Source: Eledone cirrhosa (taxonomy: Eukaryota). Taken from it: a DNA stretch of 64,000 nucleotides. The notes under the pieces were generated by a model. That model was not told the DNA's origin and did not search any database. It saw only the letters and a list, made by a program, of their open reading frames with translations. The stretch lies in contig OZ024740.1 of assembly GCA_964016885.1 (NCBI GenBank), positions 114,886,001 to 114,950,000 on the forward strand. The letters are read 5' to 3'. The translations under genes and the position numbers were made by a program. Shown one piece after another: positions 42,603-61,325 of the stretch (position 1 is the stretch's first letter; each line of letters begins with the position of its first letter).

Positions 42603-42964
42603 AAGAATGAGAAATAAGATAGATTGAGGGGACGGGCGGGTTGGAATTGGAAAAAATGTCTTTATATAAAACTACATATACACATGTACAAATATTAGTA
42701 TAAGTGTGATCGCACCTGTATGTATATGTTCTATAATGATTCGAACGAAGTGAGGATGTACTAAAACAGACAAGTCTTTAAGGTGAATTACCGTTCACAA
42801 CCTCATATGTAACGACTGGAAATACTAACCATTTGTAAATAAAGTTCTCTATATCTCAATGTTTAATCATCTTAGATTTCATTTGATTGTGCGCTGACGT
42901 AAACAACATCTGCTCCCACTCATGAGGAACGGAAAACAAATTAATTGGAGTGTTTTGTAATATA

Positions 42965-43035
<71 letters not shown>

Positions 43036-43242
43036 ATACATATATATATATAGGAATAGCTATATGACTTCGACAAGCGTTGAACGGTTTCATACAAACG
43101 AAACAGTTCTATCCAGAAGAAGACATTTCTGTATATATAATAAAGTTACCTATACTCTACCAATGACTTGGAATGTTTTTAACTGTGGCTACCTCCCGGC
43201 GACATTGCTCTGGAATCTAAAAATTATATATCTACATATATA

Positions 43243-43381
43243 TAGGAAAATGTTCAAAACCCCGACGGCAGAGCTCAAGCCGTTTCGACGGCTATTTCTG
43301 GACTCCAGAACATTTTCCTATCACCCACTCTACTACCCTAAGTATTGAGTACTCTGGTGCCTTACCACACTTCCTTCGTTA
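43243..43381 (+). mobile_element. Miniature fold-back family C element
   Basis: Inverted arm at 43243-43301, a very short direct arm and the family C tail; TA flanks. Confidence 0.85.
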
Positions 43382-43395
43382 TAAATATATATATA

Positions 43396-43543
<148 letters not shown>

Positions 43544-44104
43544 CGTGTGTATACGTAATCTTCATCAGAAAGTTAGGTTCTTCATCGAATTATTACGACT
43601 ATAGATAAAGTAATAGGCATGTAAACTCCGTTACCAGAAAAATAGTTTTTCTTTTTGCGTAGCTTATATTTTCTATAGTTTGTACTATTTTTCTATAGTT
43701 AAATAATTCGTTGAAGATTCAAATATTTTATTAAAGATTTTAAATGTCACTCATCGTTCTAAACACATACACATGGTACCAAAGGTCCACTTACTGGCAA
43801 TTAAGTAATACAAATATATAGTTCACTTCGTAGAATTTTACATGCAGGAATAATAAAAAAATATTTACCTCCATATTTTTCCCCTATCCACTATATGAAT
43901 CAAGTAGATTTTTTGACCAGCTTTAATACTTCCTCTTTCTAAACACCCTTACAGCTATTCTGTCCACTTCTTCCTGTCTAGTTTTTCCTGTTTTTCCTGG
44001 TACCATATTTATATTTATAAATATTCCCTTGCTTTCTCTTGGAAAATGTACCGTGACATTTTTAACAGGATACCTATGCTACACACCAGGAGCACGTCGA
44101 GAAA

Positions 44105-44265
44105 ATAATTGTTTATACTTTTGGCACAAGGCCAGCAATTATCCCAGTGTATTACTTGTACGTTATTTTATCGACCCCGTAAGGATGAAAGGCAAAAGTT
44201 AACCTCGGCGGAATTTGAACTCAGTCCGTAAAGGGACGTAACTGTGCTGCAAAGCATGGAGTCCG
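44105..44265 (-). mobile_element. tRNA-derived SINE
   Basis: Same family as 13071-13248; flanked by the direct repeat gcacgtcgagaaaataat (about 44092-44109 and 44265-44282). Confidence 0.85.
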
Positions 44266-45714
44266 CACGTCGAGAAAATAATATTTGGTAAGCAGTCCAC
44301 CGTATTTATTTTCTTTGCGCATAATTGATTTGATCTACACAAACGGAATTCAATTTACGTATTCGTACATAAATACATATTTATATGTATGTATGTATGT
44401 ATGTATATATGTCAGGTCACCAGTTGGTGCTACTGGTAACATGTTTCCCAGTACAACCTGTCTCATGGTCGGGTCGCTGGCGACTAAACTGGCAACCCCA
44501 CCAAGGTTTCTTGGTGACGAGGGTGACTTTGGACATCCTGCAGGACTAAAAACAAAACCTGTCAAAGGGCAAAGGAGCTCTTAAGAGTCAATGGCCATCC
44601 AAAATCACTGGGAGAGATGACCCCTTAGCCTTTGTCAAGGCAGAAGTCTAGAAGAAAGAAAATTCTGATATAACACCTGCAACCCTGATGGTATCCAATG
44701 ATGTTGACTTGTTCTTCTTTTTTGGTAAATATCATCTTGGTTAAGAGAGTGGGACTGGCTTTGTGCAGTGCCTTTGCTCACTATAAAAGCTTCACGACAC
44801 AGTCATTGCTTTATATCTGGAGATCTCTCTGCACTTGTCGTCAAATGGTACCATGGACCCAGCAATATGTGTCAATAATTGTCACAAGTGTAGTGTTTGT
44901 ACCAGAGTTTTCAAGTCGCTGGCTGGACTAAAAAGTCACACTCGTTCAGCGCATAGGTAGGGGTTCTACTACATGGATATAAAGTAGTGGCCGTACTCGA
45001 AAACGATTTAGCAGCCACCATGTATGTATGCATGTATGTATGTATATATATATGTCTTTCTGTGTGTGTATGTGTATGTATTTCTGTATATATAAATAAA
45101 TATATATATATATAATATATGCTTATGTGTATGCATGTATGCACAGTGACATGAAAATAATTTTTTTTTTTAGCCCTTGCTCACTTCGCCCATTGGGAGT
45201 AAGAGATTCCTAGTCCTTGTTAGGACATCAGTCTAGATGAAGGAAATCTTTGATGTGAAACATGCAACTCAATGGAAGCCAATGATGCTGACCTGTTCTT
45301 CCTTTTGGATAGCTCTCACCGTTGTTTCGAGAGTGGGATTGGCCAAGTGTAAGGCCTTTATTCACTTAAAAAAGCTTCAAAGATAGGCATCATTTGATCG
45401 AAACGATTTTCACATTTATTACGTGAACCTGACGTTTTCCGGACATCTTTCTCTGTAGCATATGCAGAAAACAATATAAGCTCTTGACGGGACTACACAC
45501 TCAAGTTTGTACCACTTATGCATGAGAAAAAGATCAAGGAAGAGTAATTCTCAAAACCGAGATACAACCAATATATCTATGTGTGTATGCATGCAATCCT
45601 ATAACATGTAAATTTACTTCTCCAAATACCTAATACTTAATAAAATGTACCACTCAACAATCTTCGTATTGAGTCCTTAATGTATGGTTGGTCAATGTAA
45701 TCATAAGATTATAG

Positions 45715-45753
<39 letters not shown>

Positions 45754-46274
45754 AATGTTTGTGTATGTTTTTCTGTGTGTTTTTCTTTGTGTAGGTGGAT
45801 CTTCGTGTATCTATCTATGTCTGCAAATGTGTGTGGATGTGAATGTATGTTAGTGTGTTTGTTTGTGGATATGTACGGGTATGCGTGTTTGTGAGAGAGT
45901 GAAAGAGCTGTATGTATGTTTGTGCACGTGCGTATTTCTGAGATATCTATGACTTATGATGTTTGTTTTTTTTTGTATTTTTCTACATAAGCAGAACAGT
46001 AGGATATCAATGCAGCTGAAAATGTAAGCGCCACTGAGGCGATATATTAACATTTATTGATGGATATAAATACATTTATCTAAGTATATCACTCTCTTGT
46101 TCCGCTTATGTATTTTTCAATTCAATGCTAAACATTTACTTACGTCAACACATAATGTTGCCTAGTTATCAGTAACTCTGCTGCTTATAATTAATAATTA
46201 TATATAAAAAAATGGAAACATAAAAATCGTAACAAGCGAAGAAAAAAATCGAAACACTACTACTACTACTACTT

Positions 46275-46327
<53 letters not shown>

Positions 46328-46409
46328 GCTGCTACTACTACTATTGTTGCTGCTGTTGCTAATACTAATACTAATAATAAAATAATTATTATAAAGATAA
46401 CAATATTAG

Positions 46410-48560
46410 CTAGACAGGACTCACATTAAAAAACGTAAAAGACAATGCATGACGGCACAGGGCGGTACAGTGAGGAATCCGTCCCACACGTGACAGCAGG
46501 TGTTTGACATAAACCCACAAGTAAGCAATACTCGGACTTGATGAGTGCGTGCAGGATGGCATCTTCACCCTGTGCGCATCCCGGACAGGCTTGGCTGGCG
46601 GAACTTCCACACCAGTATAGTTTATCCCGAACTGATAAATCTCCTCAGTAGTACTTCCAGGTCTAGAATTTCTGGATGTTATTCAGGAGGCCCACACCGA
46701 GAATCCTCTGGGAGTGGCTACTTGATTTTCCTCAACACCCAGTCTTTCCAAGAACGTCGTTGTTTTCCCACCACTAAAGCTCTATAGAAGGCCAAGTTGG
46801 AGTTTCCACTGATTGTATTGCTCCGTTTACTGAGGGCTATGGCGCTTTAAAGACATTCCAATCTCCAAGTGCGCCCTCTTAGTCTTCACTTAATTCTGAA
46901 TTGTAACTCCGTTAAGGAGACGTGTTTGAGAAAACGCGTCTAGCGAACGGCGACCACACTTGTTCACCGTCAAGGAATAGTTGGGGATGTAGTCTCAACG
47001 CATATTTATGGATCAACAGCCGCATTATGCCCAGTCCTCCAAGCAGTGGTTATTGGCAGCAAATAGACCACATGCCCAATGGAACATGTCCCTTCCACAA
47101 AAATCGAAAGCTTAAACGTACCAGTGCACTCAGACGTGGACCAGGACAAGGCACGACGGTCAGGTGATGGTAGATAACGGATGCGTTCATCACCTCTGTT
47201 TGACCATTCAAGGATAGCTTCCTCTCGATCTATTTGTCCATCTGAAAACCCGATCCAAGCCAAACCCCGAGCAATTAAATCGGCCCTTCTGTCCAGCGCC
47301 AGAAAATACTGTTGGACTGCAAGTACATGCCTATCCACGTGCCAACCTGCAGTGCCCACTGAGTTATCCTGGTTAAAATTTCCTCCTGTTACAGATTTGT
47401 ACTCCCTGAGAGTGGTGCTGATCATGTCAAGGATTTTGGTATTCGATACTACTACGGTGATGTCGCCGTCATATGCAGACAGATATCTCGCGCATCCTAG
47501 TTCACGCATGGTGCCCCTCAGCATCTCCAATTTGTGTAGTAATTTGCTCGAGAATTAATACATACAAAAGGGGTGAGAGGGGACAAATTTGGCAGACCGA
47601 GCGCATACTGTTGATGGTTCCTCTAATTACAGAGTAGGTGTTGCAGTGCATTACAACGACAAACTCCTGAAAGTGGTTCCGAAGCCGCCTGCTTTGAGAA
47701 TTGCCGCGAGGTAGTGATGGTCGACATGAAAGCTTTCATTTGATCTAAGTTGATGAAAGCTTCACGGGTGTCAGATTCCTCAGCCACCGTCTCTATTGGG
47801 TATCATATGAAGTGGAACTTGTGCTGGATAGATTTCCTTGGAATGACGCATGTTTGAATCTCCCCTACCAGACTACTGACAAGCGCCAACCTCGTCACTA
47901 GCATCTTGGCCAAAATTTTTATCGGCCTCAAATTATCTATATGGTCGCCCTTGTTTGAGTCCTTTCTCAGCAGCGCTACAGCCGCTTGGCTGATAGAACA
48001 GAAATTCTCTAGTTTTCCTGCCGGTTGGCTTAGACGTCCGCGAAGATGTTGTCTAACAGGTCTGGCATGTTTGCGTACAGCTCGAAAGGCAGATCATGAG
48101 AAATAGGAGATTTACTCCTCGCGGAGCTAGCCGTTGCGTCCCATAGGTGGTTATCACTTTTTCACAGCGCGAAGTCTACCTCAACATGAGCCAAGGCATG
48201 CCATCGAGAAAGATTCTGAGATTTGTTCCTCGATCCGAGCCACCACCGCTCTCGAACATTTGAGCTAAGCATCGCTGAAAAACCGCACACATCTGCTTGA
48301 GATCAATATCATGCGCTCGTCGTGGTCCACCAAACACGGGATTGAACCTTGTTTACCAGTCTAAATTCCACCGCTCGCTCCCATCGAACGGATTTCGACC
48401 CCTCGTGTCTCAGAACACGTGCCCTAGATTTAAAGACGCAGCATTCGTGCTCAGTATCGAAAAATTGGTCCAGGGCCAATCCTAACACTAGCACGTCGGC
48501 TCTGATGCCTTTACTAAGCGCCTCTTCCTGTTTTCTAAGTAGCTTTCGTTGTATTCTAGA
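46410..48560 (-). mobile_element. Degraded L1/Tx1-like LINE RT region
   Basis: Minus strand gives SVCQICPLSPLLY (resembling SVRQGCPLSPLLY) at about 47560-47600 and SAYDGDITV (resembling SAYADDIT); many stops. Confidence 0.7.
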
Positions 48561-48599
48561 ATGTTCTATTGTTACATCTTTACTAAACCTAATAATAAT

Positions 48600-48980
48600 G
48601 GTTTCTTATATAGGCACAAGGCCAGCAAATTTTGGAGAAGGGGGAAGTCGATTAAATCGACCCCAGTGCGTGACTGGTACTTTATTTTATCGACCCAATA
48701 AGGATGAAAGGTAAAGTTAACCTCGGCGGGATTTGAACTCAGATCATAAAGAGCCATATCTCTATACTGCAAAGCATGGTGTCCGACTCTCTACCGATAC
48801 TGCCAATCCTGATTTAGGCACATAGTCAGTAATTTTGGTGAAGGAGAAAATCGATTAAATCGACCTAAGAAGGCGACTGGTACTTATTTACAGACCCCGT
48901 AAAAATGAAAGGCAAAGCTAACCTCGGCGAGATTTGAACTCAGAACGTAAAGGGCTGTAACTATATTCCGCAAAGTATGG
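48600..48980 (-). mobile_element. Two tandem SINE copies
   Basis: Same family motifs, present twice. Confidence 0.85.
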
Positions 48981-49060
48981 TAATAATAAAAATATTAATA
49001 ATAATATTTGATAAGAAAGATAAAAAGGAAAAGAAAAAGATATTAGTTCCCGTCAAAGCG

Positions 49061-49133
<73 letters not shown>

Positions 49134-49904
49134 ATACATATACACACTCACACATATATATATATATATATGTAATATATGTATGTATATATATATATTA
49201 TATAGTTTATGTGTTTAATCCTTTCATATAGCTAGCAGTTATTATAGCACCAACTGTGCGCTGATGTTGTTTTGAAAAGAATGTTGTCTGAGATGGCGCC
49301 GAATTAACTCACCTCATATGTAACCCCGAAGAAACGGATTCAGGTATTGATATAAATTTACTAAAGAGTGGTTTGGCAAAACCCAATTCATAATCAACTG
49401 ATTTTCATAAATAGTAATGAGAATATATCTCAAACTGTTTTGAAATACAGCATCATTGTGAAAACATGTCAGTTTAAGATTTTCAGTTTATATATTTGAA
49501 TGTATCTATGTATATATCCCCTCTTCTCCTTTCTCTCCCACCATCTCCCACTCTCTCCTTCTCTTTCCCACTCTCTCTCACTCAATCGCTCTCGCTCTTA
49601 CTCTCTCCCTCACAGACTCTCTTTCTGTGTACAAACACAGGCATACATGTATGCTTTTCTATATAGTTTTACCTTTGAGTTTATTTTTGAGTTTCTCAGG
49701 TATTATTAAGACTGTTTGATGATGTTCAGGTAAACATAAGGTAACACTCAGGTTAACAGGACACTTACTAGACCATAATAATATCTTTAATATCAAACAT
49801 GATATTCTGTACTTAAACTTCGCAACATTTAATACTACCTTTATAACCCCCCCACACACACACACACATATATATATATGTATCAGATAGTGTGTGCTGA
49901 AAAA

Positions 49905-50080
49905 CTAGGTAGACCATAACCCACCAGAGTACTCGATACTTGGGGTAGTAGAGTGCGTAATATGAAAAGATTCAGAACCCCGACGGCTGAGCTCCGGCCG
50001 TTTCGACAGCTAGATCCGTACTTGGATCTAACTGTCGAAATGGCCGGAGCTCAGCCGTCGGTGTCCTGAATCTTTTCCTT
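49905..50080 (-). mobile_element. Miniature fold-back element, family C subfamily
   Basis: Tail on the left; palindrome at about 49964-50077. Confidence 0.8.
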
Positions 50081-50109
50081 CACTCACACACACACACACA
50101 CACACACAC

Positions 50110-53351
<3,242 letters not shown>

Positions 53352-53381
53352 TATATATATATATATATATATACATATATA

Positions 53382-53548
53382 TAGTATTATGGATACTATT
53401 TATGGTTATGTATACAATAAAACCTTTTATGGTTATATATATTTTAAACCCTAAATAGTGAAAGTCAGTAATCCATTACTATCTTATTACCAGTAAGATA
53501 AATAGCTCAATTTAATAACATCAGTTGTTTTACAGAGCAGTTATATAT
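53382..53548 (-). mobile_element. Solo PLE-type tail
   Basis: Inverse of 42105-42272; TA flanks. Confidence 0.7.
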
Positions 53549-53554
53549 ATATAT

Positions 53555-54331
53555 TTAAAAGAATAGAGGTGTAACACACGAGTTTTGATATATTGGTAAC
53601 AGGAAAAGAAAATGCTGACAAATTGTTCCCAGTGAAAAATAGTTTAATTAGGAATAAGTAAGAATTACTAATAAGTATTGGTTAGTATTCAGTTTTGGTT
53701 TTAAGTTTTTACCGGTTGCGCATTTCTAATGCTTTTCAAAAATAATTTTGAGATAGAGCGCCCGTGATGTTTGCTCTAATCTGATTAGGTTTGGAAATTC
53801 TACCTGTTTTATGTGAAAAAAGTGGCTCCAGATGTATTAAAATAAGTTTCGCGCCAATTCGTGTTGCAAAAATTCTTGTGGTCAAAACAATTTTGATTGG
53901 TCGGTAGAGGTCATGTGAATGTTAAAAATTGATTTTGCGCCAAATGTAGGTTTGTCTCGGCTGATTGAGAAGTCACTGAAAAATAAGTATTTTAAGACAC
54001 ATATGAGTGTGTGTGTGTAGTAGTAAAGAGGTTCATTGTTGTGATAATGGTCAGTAGTAATGTCTGTGTGAATTGCAGTCATGTTGACAGTCAACAGTTC
54101 AGGTACCTATTAAGATAAGTGTGTGTGTGTGTGTGTGTGTGTGTGAGTGTGTGTGTGTGTGTAGCAGAGTAATTCGTGGTAGAGGGATCGGTCAGTAGGA
54201 ATGTGTCTGTACGTGTGTGGGGGATATTTTAATATGTTAAAAGATATTTTTCAGCTCTTGTCTTATACGGAGAATTGTGTGTGTGTATGTCTCTTTGTAT
54301 GTTAGTGTACGCGTGGGTATGTGTGTGTGTG

Positions 54332-54370
<39 letters not shown>

Positions 54371-54860
54371 ATGTGTGTGTCTGTGTGTGTGGGGGGGGGG
54401 ACCAGTATTTTTGTGATACTGGTAAAAATGGTGTACATTATTCGATATTTTCAGTAAAAACGATTCTCTCAATAGAACATCAAAAACCTTAATAATAAAA
54501 GGTGTGAAATGATATATAGTATTGTCATAACACCAAGGTGTGTGTGATGTTCTATTGAGAGAATCGTTTTTACAGAAAATATCGAATAATGTACACCATT
54601 TTTACCAGTATCACAAAAATACTGGTCCACCCACCCACACACACACACCCATACACACATATATACACACACACACATATATACATACACACATACACAC
54701 GCGTACACTAACATACAAAGACACACACACACACACACACACTCACACACACTTCTCCGTATAAGACAAGAGCTTAAAATATCTTTTAACATGTTAAAAT
54801 ATCCCCACACACGTACATACACATTCCTACTGACCGATCCCTCTACCACGAATTACTGTG

Positions 54861-54940
<80 letters not shown>

Positions 54941-55471
54941 TTGTCTTAATAGGCACCTGAACTGTTTACCTGTCAACATGACCGCAATTCGCACACACAT
55001 CCCTACTGACCATTATCACAACAATGAACCTCTTTACTACACGCACACACACACACATATTTGTCTTAAAAGACTTATTTTTTAGTGACTTCTCAATCAG
55101 CCGAGCCAAACCTACATTTGGGGCAAAATCAATTTTTAACATTCACATGACCTCTACCGACCAATCAAAATTGTTTTGACCACAATAATTTTTGCAACAC
55201 AAATTGGCGCGAAACTTATTTTAATACATCTGGAGCCACTTTTTTCACATAAAAACAGGTAGGAATTTCAAAACTAATCAGATTAGAGCAAACATCACGG
55301 GCGCTCTATCTCAAAATTATTTTTGAAAAGAATTAGAAATGCGCACCCGGTAAAAACTTAAAACCAAAACTGAATACTAACCAATACTTATTACTAATTT
55401 TTACTTATTCCTAATTAAACTACTTTTCACTGGGAACAGTTTGTCAGCATTTTCTTTTCCTTTTACCAATA
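53555..55471 (-). mobile_element. Approximately 1.9-kb non-coding fold-back element (family F)
   Basis: Arms at 53590-54482 and 54545-55471; short tail on the left; TA flanks. Confidence 0.85.
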
Positions 55472-55491
55472 TATATATATATATATATATA

Positions 55492-56520
55492 TAATTATAG
55501 GAATAACCAAAGAGTGCTTAGAAATACATTGTTTTATTAGCTAACAGTGTTTCATCCATACACCATGGCACGAATCTTCAGAACCTATAAACATGAATAT
55601 ATCAGTAGTTGCATGCTCCATCGAGCTGCGTCACCAGAACAAGGTTAAATGACCAGCAGGGGGGCCCGAGGCTGTCGCTATATGGAAATAGACAGAATAC
55701 ATGATGCACATAATGTCATAAAATATCTTAAAAATTAAAAAATTAAAAAATTAAAAGTTAAAAATTAAAAATTAAAAATTAAAAATTAAAAATTAAAAAT
55801 TAAAAATTAAAAATTAAAAATTAAAAATTAAAAATTAAAAATTACACCAAAAATGTATCACTTAGATGGTGCAATAGATGATAAAGAGGTTGGGGGAGGG
55901 TAGCAAGGGATGAGTGAGGGTATTACTCAACATGATCAGAAACAATCAGAAAATATAAGAAAATAACAAAAAAATAATAAAAAAGTACAAAAATACAGAG
56001 GTAAGAAAAGAGATAAATACAAAAATAAAAAACAATAAAGGAACAAAAAGCCCGGAAACCCCCCGAAAAATATATAAGACAAAGCAAAGCATAGATGGAT
56101 CAAAGCATCTAAGAGATACATTTTTGGTGTAATTTTTAATTTTTAATTTTTAATTTTTAATTTTTTAATTTTTAAGACATTTTATGACATTATGTGCATC
56201 CTGTATTCGGTCTTTTCCCATATAGCGCTAGCCTCGGGACCCCCCTGCTGGTCATTTAACCTTGTTCTGGTGACGCAGCTCGATGGAGCATGCAACTACT
56301 GATATATTCATGTTTATAGGGTCTGAAGATTCCTGCCATGGTGTATGGATAAAATACTGTTAGCTAATAAAACAATGTATTTCTAAGCACTCTTTGGTTA
56401 TTCCTATAACTATAACGGCTCTGTAGTATACTAGTTATCCTACATTGAGCTAAAACCACACTGTCATACCAAGGGCAATATATCTACATGTCTGGGCATA
56501 TTGATATATTTGTCAACGAA
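55492..56520 (+). mobile_element. Fold-back PLE-type element with an HHR-like core and tail
   Basis: Arms at 55492-55870 and about 56103-56409; CTGAAGA...GAAA on the minus strand at 55538-55587; internal (AAAATT)n. Confidence 0.82.
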
Positions 56521-56583
56521 ATATGTATATATATATATACATATATGCGTACGTATGTATATACATACACACACACACACACA

Positions 56584-57676
<1,093 letters not shown>

Positions 57677-57695
57677 ATATATGTATATATATATG

Positions 57696-57766
<71 letters not shown>

Positions 57767-58119
57767 TTATATATGGGACTAGGCCGTAAATGATATCAAC
57801 CCTAATACTTGATATTTAAGTCGAGCACTCATATCTTTATCTAATCGATATGCTACTATATAGTAATAATACAGGCACAGACACAGACATGGGCACGCAG
57901 ATAGACCCACACGCAGAAACACATGTAGACACTCACACAGACACACTTAGAGGTACTTGCATATGCACCTATAGAAATAAGATGGGATTATGTTGTTTCC
58001 ATCTACTAAGTCTTCCTCATATTGTATTGTCCAACCCGAGGCTATGGGAGAAGAAATTTACACTCTGTGTGTTTGATTGTGTGTGTGTGTGTGTATTGAC
58101 AATGACATCGATAACCATG

Positions 58120-59290
58120 AGTAATAATTGCTTCTACATTTGGCCCATGGCCATAAACCGAAGGGGAAAATCAATTATATAGACACCAATTCGTTCCTGG
58201 TACTTCATTTTATCGACGCCGTAAGAATGAAAGGCAAAAATATCCTCGCGGAATTTGAACTCAGAACGTAGAGGAACGTATCTATATACCACAAACCACA
58301 AACCATGATGTCCCACGCTCTACCGGTACTGCCAATCCACCACGTAATGATTAATAATTGTTTCTACTTTTGGTACAAGGTCAGCAATTACCCGAGTGTA
58401 TTATTGGTGCCTTATTTTATCAACCCTGTAAGGATAAAAGGCGAAGCTAACCTCGGCCGGAATTGAACTCAGAATGCTAAGGGCCATAACTCTATGTTGC
58501 AAAGCATGATGTCTGACGCTCAACCGATACTGCGAATCAATAATAATGGTGATAATTATGATGTTGATAAGGATTTTCTTGCACAATCTCCGTTAAAAAT
58601 AAGAAATACAATTATGATTTGATTGCGACAGAATAGGTATACATATAGAGATAGAAGGGTAGATTTCTGCACGGAAGAATGTATGTATATACATATATAA
58701 CAACCAAAACAATAATAACAATTGTTTCTACTTTAGGTACAAGGCCAGCAATTTTGAGCGAGGGGAAAATCGATTAAATCGACCCCAGTGCATTACTGGT
58801 GCTTTATTTTATCAACCCTGTTACGATACTGGTACTTTATTTTATCGACTCCGTAAGAGTGAAAGACAAAGATAACCTCGTCGGATTTTGAGATCAGATC
58901 GTAAACGGCCGTAATTATATGCTGGAAAGCATGTTTCCCGATGCTCTGCCAATACTGCCAATCTACCACTCTGATAATAATGATTGATAATTGTTTTTAC
59001 TTTTGGCAGAAGACCAGCAATTATCCCGGTGCTTTATTTTATAGACCCCGTAAGGATGAAAGGCAAAGTTAACCTAGGCGGGATTTGAACTCAGACCATG
59101 AAGGGCCGTAACTCTTTGCTGCAGAGCATGGCGTCAGATCCTCTACTGATACTGCTAATTCACCACCCTAATAATGATTAATAATTGTTTCTACTTTTTG
59201 GCACACGGCCAGCAATTACCCAGTGCATTATCGACCCCGTAAGGATAAAAGGCAAAGTTAACCTCGGCGGGATTTGAACTCAGAATGATG
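58120..59290 (-). mobile_element. Cluster of about five same-orientation SINE copies
   Basis: Repeated ttttatcgaccccgtaaggatgaaaggcaaagttaacctcggcgggatttgaactcag. Confidence 0.88.
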
Positions 59291-60236
59291 ATTAATAATG
59301 ATGATAATTATGATGTTGATGATGAGGATTTACAAAGGTCATGTGGTTAGTATCGTTTTCTCTTCAATTTGGAGACGTATCGTCACGAAACCACGTTATT
59401 ACGAGATAGATTTAAAAATGTAATGTTTCACACATAATGCTATACTTTCCAGCGGATAAACATGTATTTTTTATTTAATTTAAATTATGTTATAACTTTT
59501 AAAACAAGAGTTTCAGAATACGAATACAAAAATTATATAGTGATGATAGAAAAATATCGCATGAATAATGAAGAGGCAATCAAAATATTGAGAAAAAAAT
59601 ACGTCGAATTATGTATAACATTAATTTTCAAACCTCTAGATTAAGTAATTTAATTAAATATTAACATCGATTAATTTCAATAGAATAGATAATTTTCCTG
59701 AACTAGCTAATTATACAAAGAATTAAGCATGCACGCAAATATTATACACTTATGCATACAAACACATATATATGTAAATTATAAATGTACATATATTTGG
59801 GAGTTAAATGAGCTGGTCACAAAATCGCTGTCGCTAAGAAAAGATTCCTATATTAATTTTTTTAATCGTTTATATTAAAATTGTTGTCTTATTCAATAAA
59901 TAGTTTGCGGCATTTTGGCTGTGATAGAACTGAATTCTAATGTTAACTCAATTCTGTCATTTTTGTTTAAAATTTAACATAATAAACGTAGCAATAATTT
60001 TGACAGCTTTGGCACGAATCTTTTCTATAATGGAAAACATCTAGAACTAGATTGTTGTATTTTGAATATATTTGAATAAATTTAAAATAAAGACGCAGCT
60101 CGCATATTATTTGGTTTTGTGAGAAAATGATTTCTGTTAATGCATAAACGTATCTAATAAGACAGTAACATAAGCATTTTCTAGTCCGTTATCTTCTTTA
60201 TATAGAAACATGTATAACTACGAAAACACTTGTGAA

Positions 60237-60500
60237 CGAAGCATGGCCGCATAGTTAAGAAAGTAAACTCGCAAACATTAGGTCCCCGGTTCAATCCCAC
60301 TGCGTAACATCTTGGACAAATATCATTCACCATAGCCTCGAATTTCATGCCACGTGAGTGACATTGGGTAGACTGGAAAGTGTTTATAAGCTCATCATAT
60401 GGAATGTACCAGTGTTGTGCTGAATCTCACTGTCATTTACATAAAGGTTACACGTCTGCGGGGAATGATCAGCCACTTGGATATTTATTTCATGATCTGG
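60237..60500 (+). mobile_element. tRNA-derived SINE (third type)
   Basis: A-box-like tggccgcatagtt and B-box ggttcaatccc; the 3' part is inversely related to 40-100 and 8260-8320. Confidence 0.6.
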
Positions 60501-60924
60501 CTGTTAATTGAACAACTTTAACTGGCAATGGCGAAACACATGTAGGTTCATTCCATGGGGATATGTGCACACACACACACACACATAAACACATACACGC
60601 ACATATGCATGTATAACAATACCCTTCCTTGATGAAGATGTAAGACTGAGGCATACATCTTAATGGGCGACATCAAAGAATATGTTGGCACTAACCACCT
60701 GATATGGAAAGAAGTGATTAGAGGGAACGGTGATCCCGATCTAAATTCAAATTAAGAGGCCTTATTAGACTTCTGTTCTAGCATTGGACTCTCTATTATG
60801 AACACCTTTTGCCAACACAGAGACATCCCTAATTATAATTTATGCAGATGAGTTACAATATTCAGGAAAGGAAAGTTATGTCTGGTAATATATTTAATCA
60901 ATATCGAATCCCTAGTAGAGTAAA

Positions 60925-61325
60925 TATAATTGTTTCTACTTTTGGCACCAGGCCAGCAATTATCGCAGTGCATTACTGGTACTTTATTTTATCGACCCCG
61001 TAAGGATGAAAAACAAAGTTAACCTCTGCGGGATTTGAACTCAGATCATAAAGGGAGGTAACTCTATGCTTCAAAGCATAGCGCCCGACCCTCTACCGAT
61101 ACTGCCAAATGGATTCTTATATAGGCATTCGGCCAGCAATTTTTTGGGGAGGGGAAAGTCGATTAAATCGACCCAGTGCGTAACTGGTATTTTATTTTAT
61201 CGACCCCGTAAGGATGAAAGGCAAAGTTAACCACGGCGGGATTTGAACTCGGATCATAAAGGGTTGTAACTCTATGCTGCAAAGCATGGCGTTCGACGCT
61301 CTACTGATACTGCCAATCCACCACC
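60925..61325 (-). mobile_element. Two tandem SINE copies
   Basis: Same family as 13071-13248. Confidence 0.88.

Noticed and set aside
44410-44700. Possible LINE 5' UTR or HDV-like ribozyme
   Set aside because: GC-richer island, but I could not build the nested pseudoknot or link it to an ORF.
55315-55358. Second U3-A8 hammerhead (TTGAAAA...GAAAtgcgca)
   Set aside because: Stem II and the cleavage triplet do not form convincingly, and AT-rich chance matches are likely.
58120-59290. CRISPR-like regularly recurring repeat
   Set aside because: The units are diverged SINE copies of about 130-200 bp in eukaryotic DNA, with no repeat-spacer structure or cas genes.
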